Positions 44,490-53,847 of a stretch of 64,000 nucleotides of DNA are shown here, in pieces; the stretch's first letter is position 1, and each line of letters starts with the position of its first letter. The stretch comes from an uncultured Gammaproteobacteria bacterium (GTDB lineage Bacteria > Patescibacteriota > Microgenomatia > UBA12405 > JAHJSD01). Position numbers and translations under genes: made by a program. Under the pieces are notes generated by a model, which was not told the origin of the DNA, ran no database searches, and saw only the letters and a list, made by a program, of their open reading frames with translations. The stretch lies in contig CAYRYE010000001.1 in the NCBI GenBank assembly GCA_964428655.1, forward strand, positions 312,406 through 376,405, read 5' to 3'.

Positions 44490-46442
44490 ATGATCAATGT
44501 TAGGCGCTTCCAAAAAAACCCGATCCTCGCTCCCAATAGAGAGAATAGTTGGGAGGCGGAAGCAGTGTTTAATGGCAGCATTGCTAGGGAAGGAAGTAAA
44601 TTCCACTTCCTTTACCGAGCAACGTCTTCTTTGCAGAATTATCATGGTTTAGATATAAAATTATCTTCAATCGGCCATGCAACAAGCAGTGACAGGATCC
44701 ATTTTGAAAATAGGAGGCCTTTTATTGTTCCCGAATACGAATGGGAAAAATTTGGCTGCGAGGATCCAAGGGTTACCAGGTTGAATGATAAATATTTTAT
44801 TTTCTACACTGCTCTTTCGGATTATCCTCCAACACCCTCGGGCATTAAAGTCGGAGTGGCAATAACTGAAGATTTCAGTCAGGGAGTAGAAAAACATCAA
44901 GTGACTCATTTTAATTCAAAAGCAATGGCTCTTTTTCCGGAAAAAGTGGCCGGGAAAATTGCCGCTGTTTTGACTGTAAATACAGACAAACCGCCGGCAA
45001 AAATTGCTCTTGCTCTTTTTGATCACGAGGAAGAAATTTGGTCAAAGGAACATTGGTCTAATTGGCTGCTTTCTCTAGATAAATATGTGATTCCACTGCT
45101 AAAGCAAGAAAGCGATCATGTAGAAGTTGGCGCCGCTCCGGTTAGAATAGAACAGGGCTGGCTGTTGATTTATTGTTATATTGAAAATTATTTTTCTTCT
45201 CGGCCAACCTTTGGAATAGAAGCTGTTTTACTTGATTTGGAAAACCCGTTGGAGATATTGGGTAGGACAGCAGAACCACTTTTAATCCCGGAAAAAAAGT
45301 ATGAGTTGCATGGCGATGTGCCCAATGTTATTTTTCCTTCTGGCGCTCTTGTTCAGGATAAAGAGTTGTGGATTTATTATGGCGCCGCCGACACCACTTG
45401 CTGTCTGGCAAAAGTGAGAGTAAAAGATGTTCTTCAGGGGATGACGCTTAAGAAACAAGTTAAATTTTCGCCAAGCAAGGTTAAATCGGTAAAGTTGGAA
45501 AGACACAAAGAGAATCCAATAATTCAGCCAAATCCGGAACATAGTTGGGAGTCCAAATACACTTTTAATCCGGCGGCTATTTATGAAAATGGGAAAGTTC
45601 ATATTATTTATCGGGCGATGGGGGATGAGGATACTTCAGTTTTTGGTTATGCCTCAAGTCAAGATGGAGTTCATCTGGAGGAACGTTTGGCCGAACCAAT
45701 CTATTTACCTAGGGAAGATTTTGAGAAAATAACTGGGCCAAAAGGAGATTCTGGTTGTGAAGACCCAAGGATCACTAAAATCGATGGTAAATTCTATGTA
45801 TGCTACACTGCTTTTGATGAGAAAAATCTGCCTCGTGTTGCCTTGACTTCAATTGAAGTTGATGATTTTCTAAATCACCGCTGGAATTGGGAAAGACCAT
45901 TTCTAATTTCCCCTCCTGAAGTGGCCGATAAAAACACTTGCATTTTATCAGAAAAAATAAAAGGCAAATATGTTTTGCTCCATCGGCTGGATCCCTGCAT
46001 TTGGATAGATTTTGTTGATGATTTGCGTTTTGAAAATGAACGATGGCTTAGTGGAAAAATACTGCTTGATCCAAGAACAAATAAGTGGGACAGTAGAAAA
46101 ATTGGCATTGGACCGCCTCCTGTTAAAACTCAAGATGGTTGGCTTTTGATTTACCATGGTCTTTCCAAGAAAGATAATAAGTATAGACTGGGAGCAGTCC
46201 TGCTGGACTTAAAAAATCCTAGTAAAGTTATTGCCAGACTGAATCGGCCTATTCTTGAACCTGAAGCGGATTATGAGAAGGAAGGCTTAAGGCCGGGTAC
46301 GGTATTTGCCTGCGGGGCAGTAGTGATTAAGGGTAGGCTGTTCGTTTATTACGGAGCGTCTGATCACGTGGTTGCTGTTGCCTCAGTTAGTTTAAACGAA
46401 ATTATGGTTCAGTTAAAAAGAAGACTTACTCCAAATTTTTAA
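44490..46442 (+). CDS. tandem two-domain GH130-like phosphorylase-family protein (both domains canonical)
   Basis: Two copies of the xNPILxP...FNxxxxxxGxxxHxxYRA...GCEDPR[VI]T...Y..YTA pattern (GCEDPRVTRLNDKYFIFYTA and GCEDPRITKIDGKFYVCYTAFD). Confidence 0.65.
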   Translation: MINVRRFQKNPILAPNRENSWEAEAVFNGSIAREGSKFHFLYRATSSLQNYHGLDIKLSSIGHATSSDRIHFENRRPFIVPEYEWEKFGCEDPRVTRLNDKYFIFYTALSDYPPTPSGIKVGVAITEDFSQGVEKHQVTHFNSKAMALFPEKVAGKIAAVLTVNTDKPPAKIALALFDHEEEIWSKEHWSNWLLSLDKYVIPLLKQESDHVEVGAAPVRIEQGWLLIYCYIENYFSSRPTFGIEAVLLDLENPLEILGRTAEPLLIPEKKYELHGDVPNVIFPSGALVQDKELWIYYGAADTTCCLAKVRVKDVLQGMTLKKQVKFSPSKVKSVKLERHKENPIIQPNPEHSWESKYTFNPAAIYENGKVHIIYRAMGDEDTSVFGYASSQDGVHLEERLAEPIYLPREDFEKITGPKGDSGCEDPRITKIDGKFYVCYTAFDEKNLPRVALTSIEVDDFLNHRWNWERPFLISPPEVADKNTCILSEKIKGKYVLLHRLDPCIWIDFVDDLRFENERWLSGKILLDPRTNKWDSRKIGIGPPPVKTQDGWLLIYHGLSKKDNKYRLGAVLLDLKNPSKVIARLNRPILEPEADYEKEGLRPGTVFACGAVVIKGRLFVYYGASDHVVAVASVSLNEIMVQLKRRLTPNF

Positions 46443-47465
46443 ATCTGGCCTGGCGACCCGATCTAGTTTATCAAAATCCTTTTTCAGATAAATGCCTTCT
46501 TTATATTTGAAATAGGCCGCTATTCCAATCATGGCGGCATTGTCGTTATAGAGTTTATTTGAATAAGGAAAATAGAGATTTACTCTTTTTTCTTTTGTTA
46601 ATTTTCTGATCATTCGCCTTAGTTTTTTATTGGCCATAACTCCGCCGCCGCAAACAAGGTAATTAATATTGGTTTTAGAAATAGCCAAATGGAGCTTGTT
46701 AATTATTTGTTTAAAAGCTGTTTCTTGAAATGAGGCTGATAAATGGGAAAGGTTTTTTGATATTTCGTCGGAACTTAGTTTTTTTAATTTGTTTTTAAAA
46801 GCTGTTTTTAATCCGGAATAAGAAAAGTTTAGATCTTTTCTTCCCTGCATGGGAATAGGTAAGTCTAAAAAGTTTGGATTTCCTTTTTTGGCTAGTTCTT
46901 CAATAATTGGTCCGCCGGGATAAGACATGCCCATCATTTTGGCGGCTTTATCTAAGGCTTCTCCGGCCGCGTCATCAAGAGTTTTGCCAATGATTTCATA
47001 TTGAAGATGATCTTTAACTATGATTAGGCCGGTGTGGCCGCCGGAAACGACTAGGGCTAGAAGCGGGAAAGAAAAATTTCTTCTTGGATTGCCGTTTCTG
47101 TTTTGGGCAAAAGCAGAGTAAATGTGGCCTTCAGTGTGATCAACCGGTATTAATGGTTTTTGATATTTTTTAGCTAATTCTTTGGCTTTTGCGATTCCTA
47201 TTTCTAAGGCAATGACCAAACCAGGGCCAAAAGTGACGGCAATGGCATCTACGCTTTTAATAGTAATTCGGGCATTTTTTAAAGCCTGCTCAATAACCGG
47301 ATCAATTTTCTTTTCATGTTCCCTCCTGGCTAAAGAGGGATAAACGCCTCCATATTTTTTATGAATGTTAACCTGAGAAAAAACTACATTAGAAATAACT
47401 TTTCTTTTATCTGTTACTGCCGCGGCAGTCTCATCACAGGATGTTTCTATAGCGAGAATTTTCAT
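46413..47465 (-). CDS. tsaD: tRNA N6-adenosine threonylcarbamoyltransferase TsaD (Kae1/YgjD family)
   Basis: MKILAIETSCDETAAAV N-terminus, HxxGH metal site region (VDHTEGHIY), ASKH-fold. Confidence 0.85.
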   Translation of the reverse strand: MKILAIETSCDETAAAVTDKRKVISNVVFSQVNIHKKYGGVYPSLARREHEKKIDPVIEQALKNARITIKSVDAIAVTFGPGLVIALEIGIAKAKELAKKYQKPLIPVDHTEGHIYSAFAQNRNGNPRRNFSFPLLALVVSGGHTGLIIVKDHLQYEIIGKTLDDAAGEALDKAAKMMGMSYPGGPIIEELAKKGNPNFLDLPIPMQGRKDLNFSYSGLKTAFKNKLKKLSSDEISKNLSHLSASFQETAFKQIINKLHLAISKTNINYLVCGGGVMANKKLRRMIRKLTKEKRVNLYFPYSNKLYNDNAAMIGIAAYFKYKEGIYLKKDFDKLDRVARPDLKIWSKSSF

Positions 47466-48532
47466 ATCTTGTATAGTTTTAATAATCTGGTATTTATATT
47501 TTGCTCTTGTATTTGAATCAAGTAGAAACAAGCGTTTTCCTTTTTAAGGCTTTGCAGGATTGAAAGTTTTTCTCCCCATTCAATGAGCAATAAATTACCC
47601 TTTTTTAAGAGTTTTTCCAGCTTTAATTCTAAAAGTTCTTTTTCTGTTTCGATTCGATAAAGATCCAAATGATAAATGTTTTTTAAAGGTGGTTTTTCTA
47701 TTCTATATTCATCCATTAAAATAAAGGTTGGAGAAGTAAATTCTTTATTGAAAAGATTTCCTATTCCTTTGGCGAAAATTGTTTTTCCGGCTCCTAAATC
47801 GCCCTGAAGAATAACGACAACGGCATTGGTTTTTAGTTTATTTTGGAGCAAAGAACTATAGAGTTTTTGAGCATATTTTTTGGTCTCTGTTTCGCTTTTA
47901 GATCTATGTTTAGCGATCAGTTTTGGATTTAAAACGCCTTTTCTTAAAATTTTAATTTCATCTTTGATTAGTTTGACTACGGTTGAAGTCGGCTTTTTAA
48001 CTAATTTGCCGGCATCAATAATTAGATCAATGCTTTTTTTCTTTTTTTCAGAAAGAGTTTTTAGAAAGGAGTTAATAGAGTAATGCGGGCCCTTTCCGGA
48101 AACATTAGCTGAGGTGGCGGTGATGGGAAAAGGACAGATTTTAGTTAGTTCTTTAACAAAGGAATGGTTAATAATTCTAATGCCAATAGTATTGTCTTCT
48201 GGTTCTATTTCCGGAGCGGTTTTGCCTTTGGACTTTAAGATTAGGGTAAACGGTCCCGGCAGCAAGGTTTTAATAATTTCTTTTTGGCCATTGTTATAAA
48301 CGGCGTATTTACTGATATCTTTAGTACTATTTAAAAAAACAGAAATCCCCTTGCCAAATTTTCTGCCTTTAAAATCAAAAATTTGTTCGACTGCTTTGGA
48401 AGAATTAGCATTAGCAGCTAGGCCATAAGCGGTATCGCTGGGAATAATGACTAAGCCATTATTTTTTAAAACTTTTTTAGTTAAACTAACGGCCTTTTTG
48501 AAATTATCCTTTTCCAACTTTATAATCTTCAT
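47462..48532 (-). CDS. tsaC-tsaE: fusion of TsaC (Sua5/YrdC, threonylcarbamoyl-AMP synthase) with TsaE (YjeE P-loop ATPase)
   Basis: N-terminal IPSDTAYGLAANA, SANVSG, STVV (YrdC); C-terminal LQGDLGAGKTIFAKG and HLDLYRI (TsaE); 4-nt overlap with tsaD. Confidence 0.7.
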   Translation of the reverse strand: MKIIKLEKDNFKKAVSLTKKVLKNNGLVIIPSDTAYGLAANANSSKAVEQIFDFKGRKFGKGISVFLNSTKDISKYAVYNNGQKEIIKTLLPGPFTLILKSKGKTAPEIEPEDNTIGIRIINHSFVKELTKICPFPITATSANVSGKGPHYSINSFLKTLSEKKKKSIDLIIDAGKLVKKPTSTVVKLIKDEIKILRKGVLNPKLIAKHRSKSETETKKYAQKLYSSLLQNKLKTNAVVVILQGDLGAGKTIFAKGIGNLFNKEFTSPTFILMDEYRIEKPPLKNIYHLDLYRIETEKELLELKLEKLLKKGNLLLIEWGEKLSILQSLKKENACFYLIQIQEQNINTRLLKLYKI

Positions 48533-49704
48533 AGTTTTTTAAGTGTAAACTTCATTTGTTTTTCCCAGTCGCCATAAAGTGATTTTTTTCTTTCCAGTTC
48601 TTTCAGGAATTTGAAAAATTTGGCTGGGATTTTGGTGACTTTCTCTTTTTCCCACGGAGTTCCAGGTAAGGGTAGAAAATAGTGGCCGTGAATTCTGGTT
48701 TTTGGATATCGCAAAGTAAATTCGATTAGTTTTTGTGTTTCTTTGAGGTGTTTTGTGGTTTCATCTGGCAAACCGAAAATAAGATCAATATTAACGCTGA
48801 AATTGGCCTTGAGACTTGCCCTTATAGCCTTTTTTACATCTTCCACTGTATGAAAGCGATGCATTTTTTTCAGCAAGTGATTGCTGCCCGTTTGGGCGCC
48901 AATGGTGATCCACTGGTTAGAAACGTATTTTTTTAACATTTTCATTTTTTGGACAGTTATATCTTTAGGCCATAATTCTGATGGAAAATTTCCCAAATAT
49001 ATTTTCTTTACCCCAGGAGTTTTTTTAATTTTCATGAGAAGATTTTCTAATTTAGGATAACCCAAACCATTAGGGGTTAAAAGTCTTATTCCTGAATATC
49101 CTTTTTTAACTGTCGTTTTTACGCCCTTAAGGATATTTTTAATTGTTCTGTGGCGAGTTGCTCCGAATAAATATGTTGTTTGGCAGTATCGACAGCCGTG
49201 AGGGCAGCCTCTGGTGATTTCTATAGGGGTGAACAGAGGAAAGTCTCTTGACGCTGAGGGATAAGAATTAATATCAACTCTTTTTCCTAAAAGTTTTTTG
49301 GGATTTTTTCTTTTCTCTAGAGAGTTAGTTAGGTATTTAATTAAGGAAATTTCCCCTTCGCCGATAAAGGCAGTATCAAATCCGGCCTTAAGACAGTTGT
49401 TGGGATCACCTGACGGATGAGGTCCTCCACAAATTAAGGTAAAGTTATCTCCCGCCTCTTTTAAAGTTTTTATTTCTTTCCTAATATGGGGGAATTCTAG
49501 AGAAGTAAAAGAATAAACAACTATTATTTTTTTTTGAAACTTGATTGCTTCTAATAATTTCTCCTTTTTATCGAAATAGTAAAGCTTTATTTTTTTGCTA
49601 ATTTTTGATTTTTCAATGCTTCCCGTTAGAGCAGCGATACTGTTTTTGTTATATGGCGTTAGGCGGAAAGCCAATATTAATTTTTTAGACTTTACACTCG
49701 GCAT
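48529..49704 (-). CDS. B12-binding-domain radical SAM protein
   Basis: CPHGCRYC cluster motif after an N-terminal Rossmann-like (cobalamin-binding-type) domain. Confidence 0.65.
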   Translation of the reverse strand: MPSVKSKKLILAFRLTPYNKNSIAALTGSIEKSKISKKIKLYYFDKKEKLLEAIKFQKKIIVVYSFTSLEFPHIRKEIKTLKEAGDNFTLICGGPHPSGDPNNCLKAGFDTAFIGEGEISLIKYLTNSLEKRKNPKKLLGKRVDINSYPSASRDFPLFTPIEITRGCPHGCRYCQTTYLFGATRHRTIKNILKGVKTTVKKGYSGIRLLTPNGLGYPKLENLLMKIKKTPGVKKIYLGNFPSELWPKDITVQKMKMLKKYVSNQWITIGAQTGSNHLLKKMHRFHTVEDVKKAIRASLKANFSVNIDLIFGLPDETTKHLKETQKLIEFTLRYPKTRIHGHYFLPLPGTPWEKEKVTKIPAKFFKFLKELERKKSLYGDWEKQMKFTLKKL

Positions 49705-49725
49705 AATTGTTATTATACTTCAAAC

Positions 49726-50115
49726 ATGAACGACTGCATGTTTTGCAAGATTATTAAAGGAGAAATTCCTTGTTACAAAGTTTACGAAAATGAGAATTTT
49801 TTGGCATTTTTGGATGCTAAACCCTGGGCTGAGGGACATACTTTAGTGATTCCCAAAAAACATTATCAATGGGTTTGGGATGTACCCAATGCTGGAGAAT
49901 ATTTTGAGGCAGTTGCCAAAATTGCCAATCATTATAAAGAGGTTTTTAAAACAGAATTTGTGATGAGTTTTATTTATGGTTATAACATTCCTCACGCTCA
50001 CATTCACCTTTTGCCTGATGCCCGAAAAAAAGTAGCCATGTATCCAAGGGAGAGATTGGGCGGTCTAGAAGAGAAAAAGGCAAAAGAATTGTTAAAAAAG
50101 TTAGTCTTAGAGTAG
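49726..50115 (+). CDS. HIT-family (Hint-like) nucleotide hydrolase
   Basis: HTLVIPKKH and histidine triad HAHIHLLP. Confidence 0.8.
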   Translation: MNDCMFCKIIKGEIPCYKVYENENFLAFLDAKPWAEGHTLVIPKKHYQWVWDVPNAGEYFEAVAKIANHYKEVFKTEFVMSFIYGYNIPHAHIHLLPDARKKVAMYPRERLGGLEEKKAKELLKKLVLE

Positions 50116-50125
50116 GCTTTTTGTT

Positions 50126-50617
50126 GTGAAAATATTGAACTGGGCTCTGGTTTTGCTTTTATTAGCAGGTACTTTTTCTGCTTTTAGTATTTTTTTTGGT
50201 TTTCAAAAAAACAAGAGCAGGCTTGAGGTTGAAGGGGGTTTACCCAGCATTAGTATTTTGGATAGCAGGGCGAGAGAGAAGGCTGTTTTCTTTGTTGAAA
50301 TCGCAAAAACTGTTGCTGAGCGTACTAAGGGCTTGATGTTTCGGGAAAGCCTGGCAATGGATCAAGGAATGCTTTTTGTTTTTCCGGATGAGGCTAAACG
50401 GTGGTTTTGGATGAAAAATACCCGCATTCCCCTGGATATGATTTTTTGCAATCAGGATGGAATGATTGTTGGTTTAATCAAAGAGGCAGAGGCAAACAGC
50501 AAAAGCGTTTTTACTGTTGATATTGAAAGTATGTATATTTTAGAAGTCAATGCTGGTCTAGTGGAAAAATATGGTATAAAAGAAGGAGATATGCTTACTG
50601 ATTTAAGCGGTTTTTAA
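50126..50617 (+). CDS. DUF192 (COG1430) protein
   Basis: GLMFRESLAMDQGMLFVF...FWMKNTRIPLDMIF. Confidence 0.55.
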   Translation: MKILNWALVLLLLAGTFSAFSIFFGFQKNKSRLEVEGGLPSISILDSRAREKAVFFVEIAKTVAERTKGLMFRESLAMDQGMLFVFPDEAKRWFWMKNTRIPLDMIFCNQDGMIVGLIKEAEANSKSVFTVDIESMYILEVNAGLVEKYGIKEGDMLTDLSGF

Positions 50618-51781
50618 ATGGTCAAAAAGAAAACAGCAGTTGTTGTTGTTCCAACATATAACGAAAAAGAGACAATTAGCCGGATGATTGATCATCTTTT
50701 TCAAAAGACTTTTCCTTCAATTAAAAATTGGGAATGCAGGGCCTTGATTGTTGATGCTAATTCTCCTGATGGAACTGCGGATTTAGTTAGAGAAAAGCAG
50801 AAAAAGTATAAAAATTTGGATTTGCTGGTTGAAAAAAAGAAAGAGGGAATTGGCGCGGCTTATGTAAAAGGATTTAAAAGAGCGATGAAGCGGCACAGGG
50901 CTGATGTAGTGATAGAGTTTGATGGTGATTTTCAGCACCCGCCGGACAGAATTCCTATTCTGCTTCAAGAGATTGATAAGGGAGCAGACTATGTTTTAGG
51001 TTCAAGAAAAATCAAGGGCGGTTCTAATCCCGAGGGTTGGGGTTTTAAGAGAGTTTTCTTCTCAGAGGTTGGCGGTTTGGTGGCCAGATTTATTCTATTT
51101 TTCCCTTTTAAACATTTTTTCAAGATTACTGATCCGACTACAGGACTTAAAGCCTCTCGCGTTAAGGGATTTGTCGACAAGATGGATATGGACAATCTTT
51201 ATTCAAGAAAATTTGGCTACAAATTGGAGTTCTTATATAAGATGGTTAAACTAGGGGCCAAGGTTAAAGAAATTCCTCTTAAATTTCAGTTAAGGAAAGT
51301 GGGCGAGTCTAAGATTACCGGTCAAACGGCTAGCGATATTTTCCGGACTGCTTTTTTTCTTCGCTGGCATGATCAAACAACCAAAAGTTTTATTAAGTTT
51401 GCCATTGTTGGATTTGTTGGCTATTTGGTTAATGCTTTGAGCTTAGAGCTTTTTTATCAATTGGGAGCTTCACCCGCTTGGGCAGCCGCCGGCGGGGCAG
51501 AATTGGCTATTATTTCTAATTTTGTTTGGAATAATCTGTGGACATTTTCCCATAAGAAGATTATTGGTTTGGCAGAAATTATTAAGAAATTTTTAACTTT
51601 TAATTTAACTTCATTTGGAGCTGTTGTGATTCAATTCATTGTTATTGGGCTGGGAACAAAATTAACTGGCGACCAGTGGCGCCAAATTTGGCTCGTTATC
51701 GCCATTGGTTTTTTCATTATTCCCTACAATTGGCTAATGTATACCAAAGTGATTTGGAAGAAGAAGAAAATTAATAATTAA
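50618..51781 (+). CDS. GT2 polyprenol-phosphate glycosyltransferase (Dpm1/ArnC-like) fused to a GtrA-like C-terminal membrane domain
   Basis: VVVPTYNEKETI, DANSPDGT (DxD region), C-terminal four TM helices. Confidence 0.7.
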   Translation: MVKKKTAVVVVPTYNEKETISRMIDHLFQKTFPSIKNWECRALIVDANSPDGTADLVREKQKKYKNLDLLVEKKKEGIGAAYVKGFKRAMKRHRADVVIEFDGDFQHPPDRIPILLQEIDKGADYVLGSRKIKGGSNPEGWGFKRVFFSEVGGLVARFILFFPFKHFFKITDPTTGLKASRVKGFVDKMDMDNLYSRKFGYKLEFLYKMVKLGAKVKEIPLKFQLRKVGESKITGQTASDIFRTAFFLRWHDQTTKSFIKFAIVGFVGYLVNALSLELFYQLGASPAWAAAGGAELAIISNFVWNNLWTFSHKKIIGLAEIIKKFLTFNLTSFGAVVIQFIVIGLGTKLTGDQWRQIWLVIAIGFFIIPYNWLMYTKVIWKKKKINN

Positions 51782-51802
51782 TAAGCAAAATGAGGTAGAA
51801 AT

Positions 51803-52156
51803 ATGCCTAATGGGGAAGAAACAGCAGAATCAGGCCCCTTTTTTGTACCTGAAAGAAAATTGCCAGACCCCGATAGAATTAAAGAGATGCTGAGAACAAC
51901 CGCTTTTAAAGAAGTTGATCCAGACAAGGTTTTAGGGGTGTTGAAAGATCCAATATGGCGAGCAAAGGAAAAGCTATGGAAACTGAGAGTTGATTTAGTG
52001 TCTGAACAACCGGAGTTAGCTAGGGAATTAATGGAAATTGGTAAGTTTTGTCAAGTTCCTCTCGTGGAAAAATATTCTTCTGTTTTATTGAGTGCTGCTT
52101 CGAGTCTTGAAAATGCTATGGAAAAGGAAGGAAGTTCAGCAGACGATCAAAGCTAG
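51803..52156 (+). CDS. hypothetical protein
   Basis: RBS gaggtag; no motif. Confidence 0.3.
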   Translation: MPNGEETAESGPFFVPERKLPDPDRIKEMLRTTAFKEVDPDKVLGVLKDPIWRAKEKLWKLRVDLVSEQPELARELMEIGKFCQVPLVEKYSSVLLSAASSLENAMEKEGSSADDQS

Positions 52157-52201
52157 TTTATCAATCCCCTCTATCAACTCCCGCAACTCCCGGTGGGCCT
52201 C

Positions 52202-52519
52202 CTAGTCAAAGACCAAGATAAGCTTTTTGAAATTTTTAACTTTGTTTCCTGTGAATTTAATGCCTTCCTTTTCAAGAAGCCTCTTTTTTTTCTTGATATT
52301 TTTCCCTTTGGTTTTGCCTCCGAATCCACCAATGTTACCATTACTTTTTACTACTCGATGGCAAGGAACTTTAGGGGCGTAGGGATTTCTTCTCATTGCA
52401 TTGCCTACTGCCTGATATGCCTTGGTTCCCAAAGCTTCTGCCAACACTTTGTAAGTGGTTACTCTCCCTTTTGGGACTTGCTCTAGGAGGTTATAAACTT
52501 TGTCTGTGAATTCAGGCAT
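52202..52519 (-). CDS. ogt: short methylated-DNA-protein-cysteine methyltransferase (MGMT C-terminal domain only, active Cys retained)
   Basis: PCHRVV active-site motif and helix-turn-helix (YKVLAEALGTKAYQAVGNAM). Confidence 0.7.
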   Translation of the reverse strand: MPEFTDKVYNLLEQVPKGRVTTYKVLAEALGTKAYQAVGNAMRRNPYAPKVPCHRVVKSNGNIGGFGGKTKGKNIKKKKRLLEKEGIKFTGNKVKNFKKLILVFD

Positions 52520-52527
52520 TTATCTCT

Positions 52528-53082
52528 TTGATGTTAATGGGTAGTATAGAGGAAAAAGAAAACAAAGTTAATAAAGGGCTGTTAAGTAATCCAGAGAACT
52601 ATGGAGAAGGAAGTGGAATCAGTGTGTTTGAAAATTACATTTCCCTAATGCGGGTTTACCTTGAAGAGGAAAACAAATGGCTAGAAAAACAATCAACCTA
52701 TGTCAACCGCTGGGATTTTCAGTTACTTGAGCCTTGGTACATCAAGCAAGCCGCCGAATATCAGTTAGAAATGTATTACGGATACAGGGATGACGCAAAA
52801 TATATGCTAGAAATTGTCAATGCAGGCGATCTCACTGACGAGCTTTCGGTAAAAGTTGATGATGCAAAGGACAGAAGAGACAAATTTTCTGAGCTGTATT
52901 ATGCTTTTGGAAATGAGGCGAGTGAGATATTTGACTTAAGAAAATTCTTGGTTATAATTCCGTCCCCAGATGGTTGCACTGAAGAAAATATGTCAATCCC
53001 AAGCACATTTGGTTCAGTTGATTGGAAAGGTGATGACGAAGAGCGACCGCTTATACCCTTAGATCCTGATTTGGTATCATAA
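52528..53082 (+). CDS. hypothetical protein
   Basis: ORF only. Confidence 0.3.
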   Translation: MMLMGSIEEKENKVNKGLLSNPENYGEGSGISVFENYISLMRVYLEEENKWLEKQSTYVNRWDFQLLEPWYIKQAAEYQLEMYYGYRDDAKYMLEIVNAGDLTDELSVKVDDAKDRRDKFSELYYAFGNEASEIFDLRKFLVIIPSPDGCTEENMSIPSTFGSVDWKGDDEERPLIPLDPDLVS

Positions 53083-53220
53083 CTCCAATATACCACTCGC
53101 TATTAAAAAGCCTATCAGAACGAAACACAACTCTATTTCCTGAGAACACAATGCCTCTTTTAGGTAAATAAAAGGTCTTATAGTTTTCACTTTAGGTTTA
53201 ATTGTATTATAATTACATTC

Positions 53221-53847
53221 ATGTTGAAGAAAATTAAGTCTGTTTTGTGTATTGGAGCACATCCTGATGATATTGAACTTGTCTGTGGTGCAACACTACT
53301 AAAACTCAAAGATGAACATGACGCAAAAATACACTTGATTATTTGTTCTCGGGGTGAGTTAAAAAGCAATGGTGCTATGAGAGAAAAGGAACAAAAACTA
53401 TCTGCAAAAATGCTTGGGGTAGATAGTTGTGTGTTTTTGAATTTCCCTGATGGCTCAATCGGAAATCAGAAAAAAGAATTAATCAAACAAATAGAAAAGG
53501 TGGTATTGATCCACAAACCCGATGTCGTGTTCACCCACTCCGACATGGATCACCATCAAGATCATTTAGCAGTGTTCTCTGCCTCAATAGCTGCATTACG
53601 ACTATCACTCTCGTCAATCCTATTATATGCATCTGTGAATTATAAAAGAGATAAGCGAGTTAATGTTATTGTTGATGTGAGTAACTACTTTGATAAAAAG
53701 ATAAAGATATTGAAGTGCTTCGAATCCCAAGATAAGGTTTGGTATTTTGAGACAGAATTTATAAGAAGTTTAGCCGTAGTAGCTGGAAGAAAATATGGTT
53801 TTAAATATGCTGAAGAATTTTACCTTTATTCAAGTATTTTCAAATGA
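53221..53847 (+). CDS. PIG-L/LmbE-family N-acetylglucosaminyl deacetylase
   Basis: AHPDDIE, HSDMDHHQDH metal-binding motifs. Confidence 0.7.
   Translation: MLKKIKSVLCIGAHPDDIELVCGATLLKLKDEHDAKIHLIICSRGELKSNGAMREKEQKLSAKMLGVDSCVFLNFPDGSIGNQKKELIKQIEKVVLIHKPDVVFTHSDMDHHQDHLAVFSASIAALRLSLSSILLYASVNYKRDKRVNVIVDVSNYFDKKIKILKCFESQDKVWYFETEFIRSLAVVAGRKYGFKYAEEFYLYSSIFK

Noticed and set aside
52193-52486. Plus-strand 97-aa ORF overlapping the MGMT gene
   Set aside because: The opposite strand encodes a protein with the diagnostic PCHRV and HTH motifs. The plus-strand ORF has no features.
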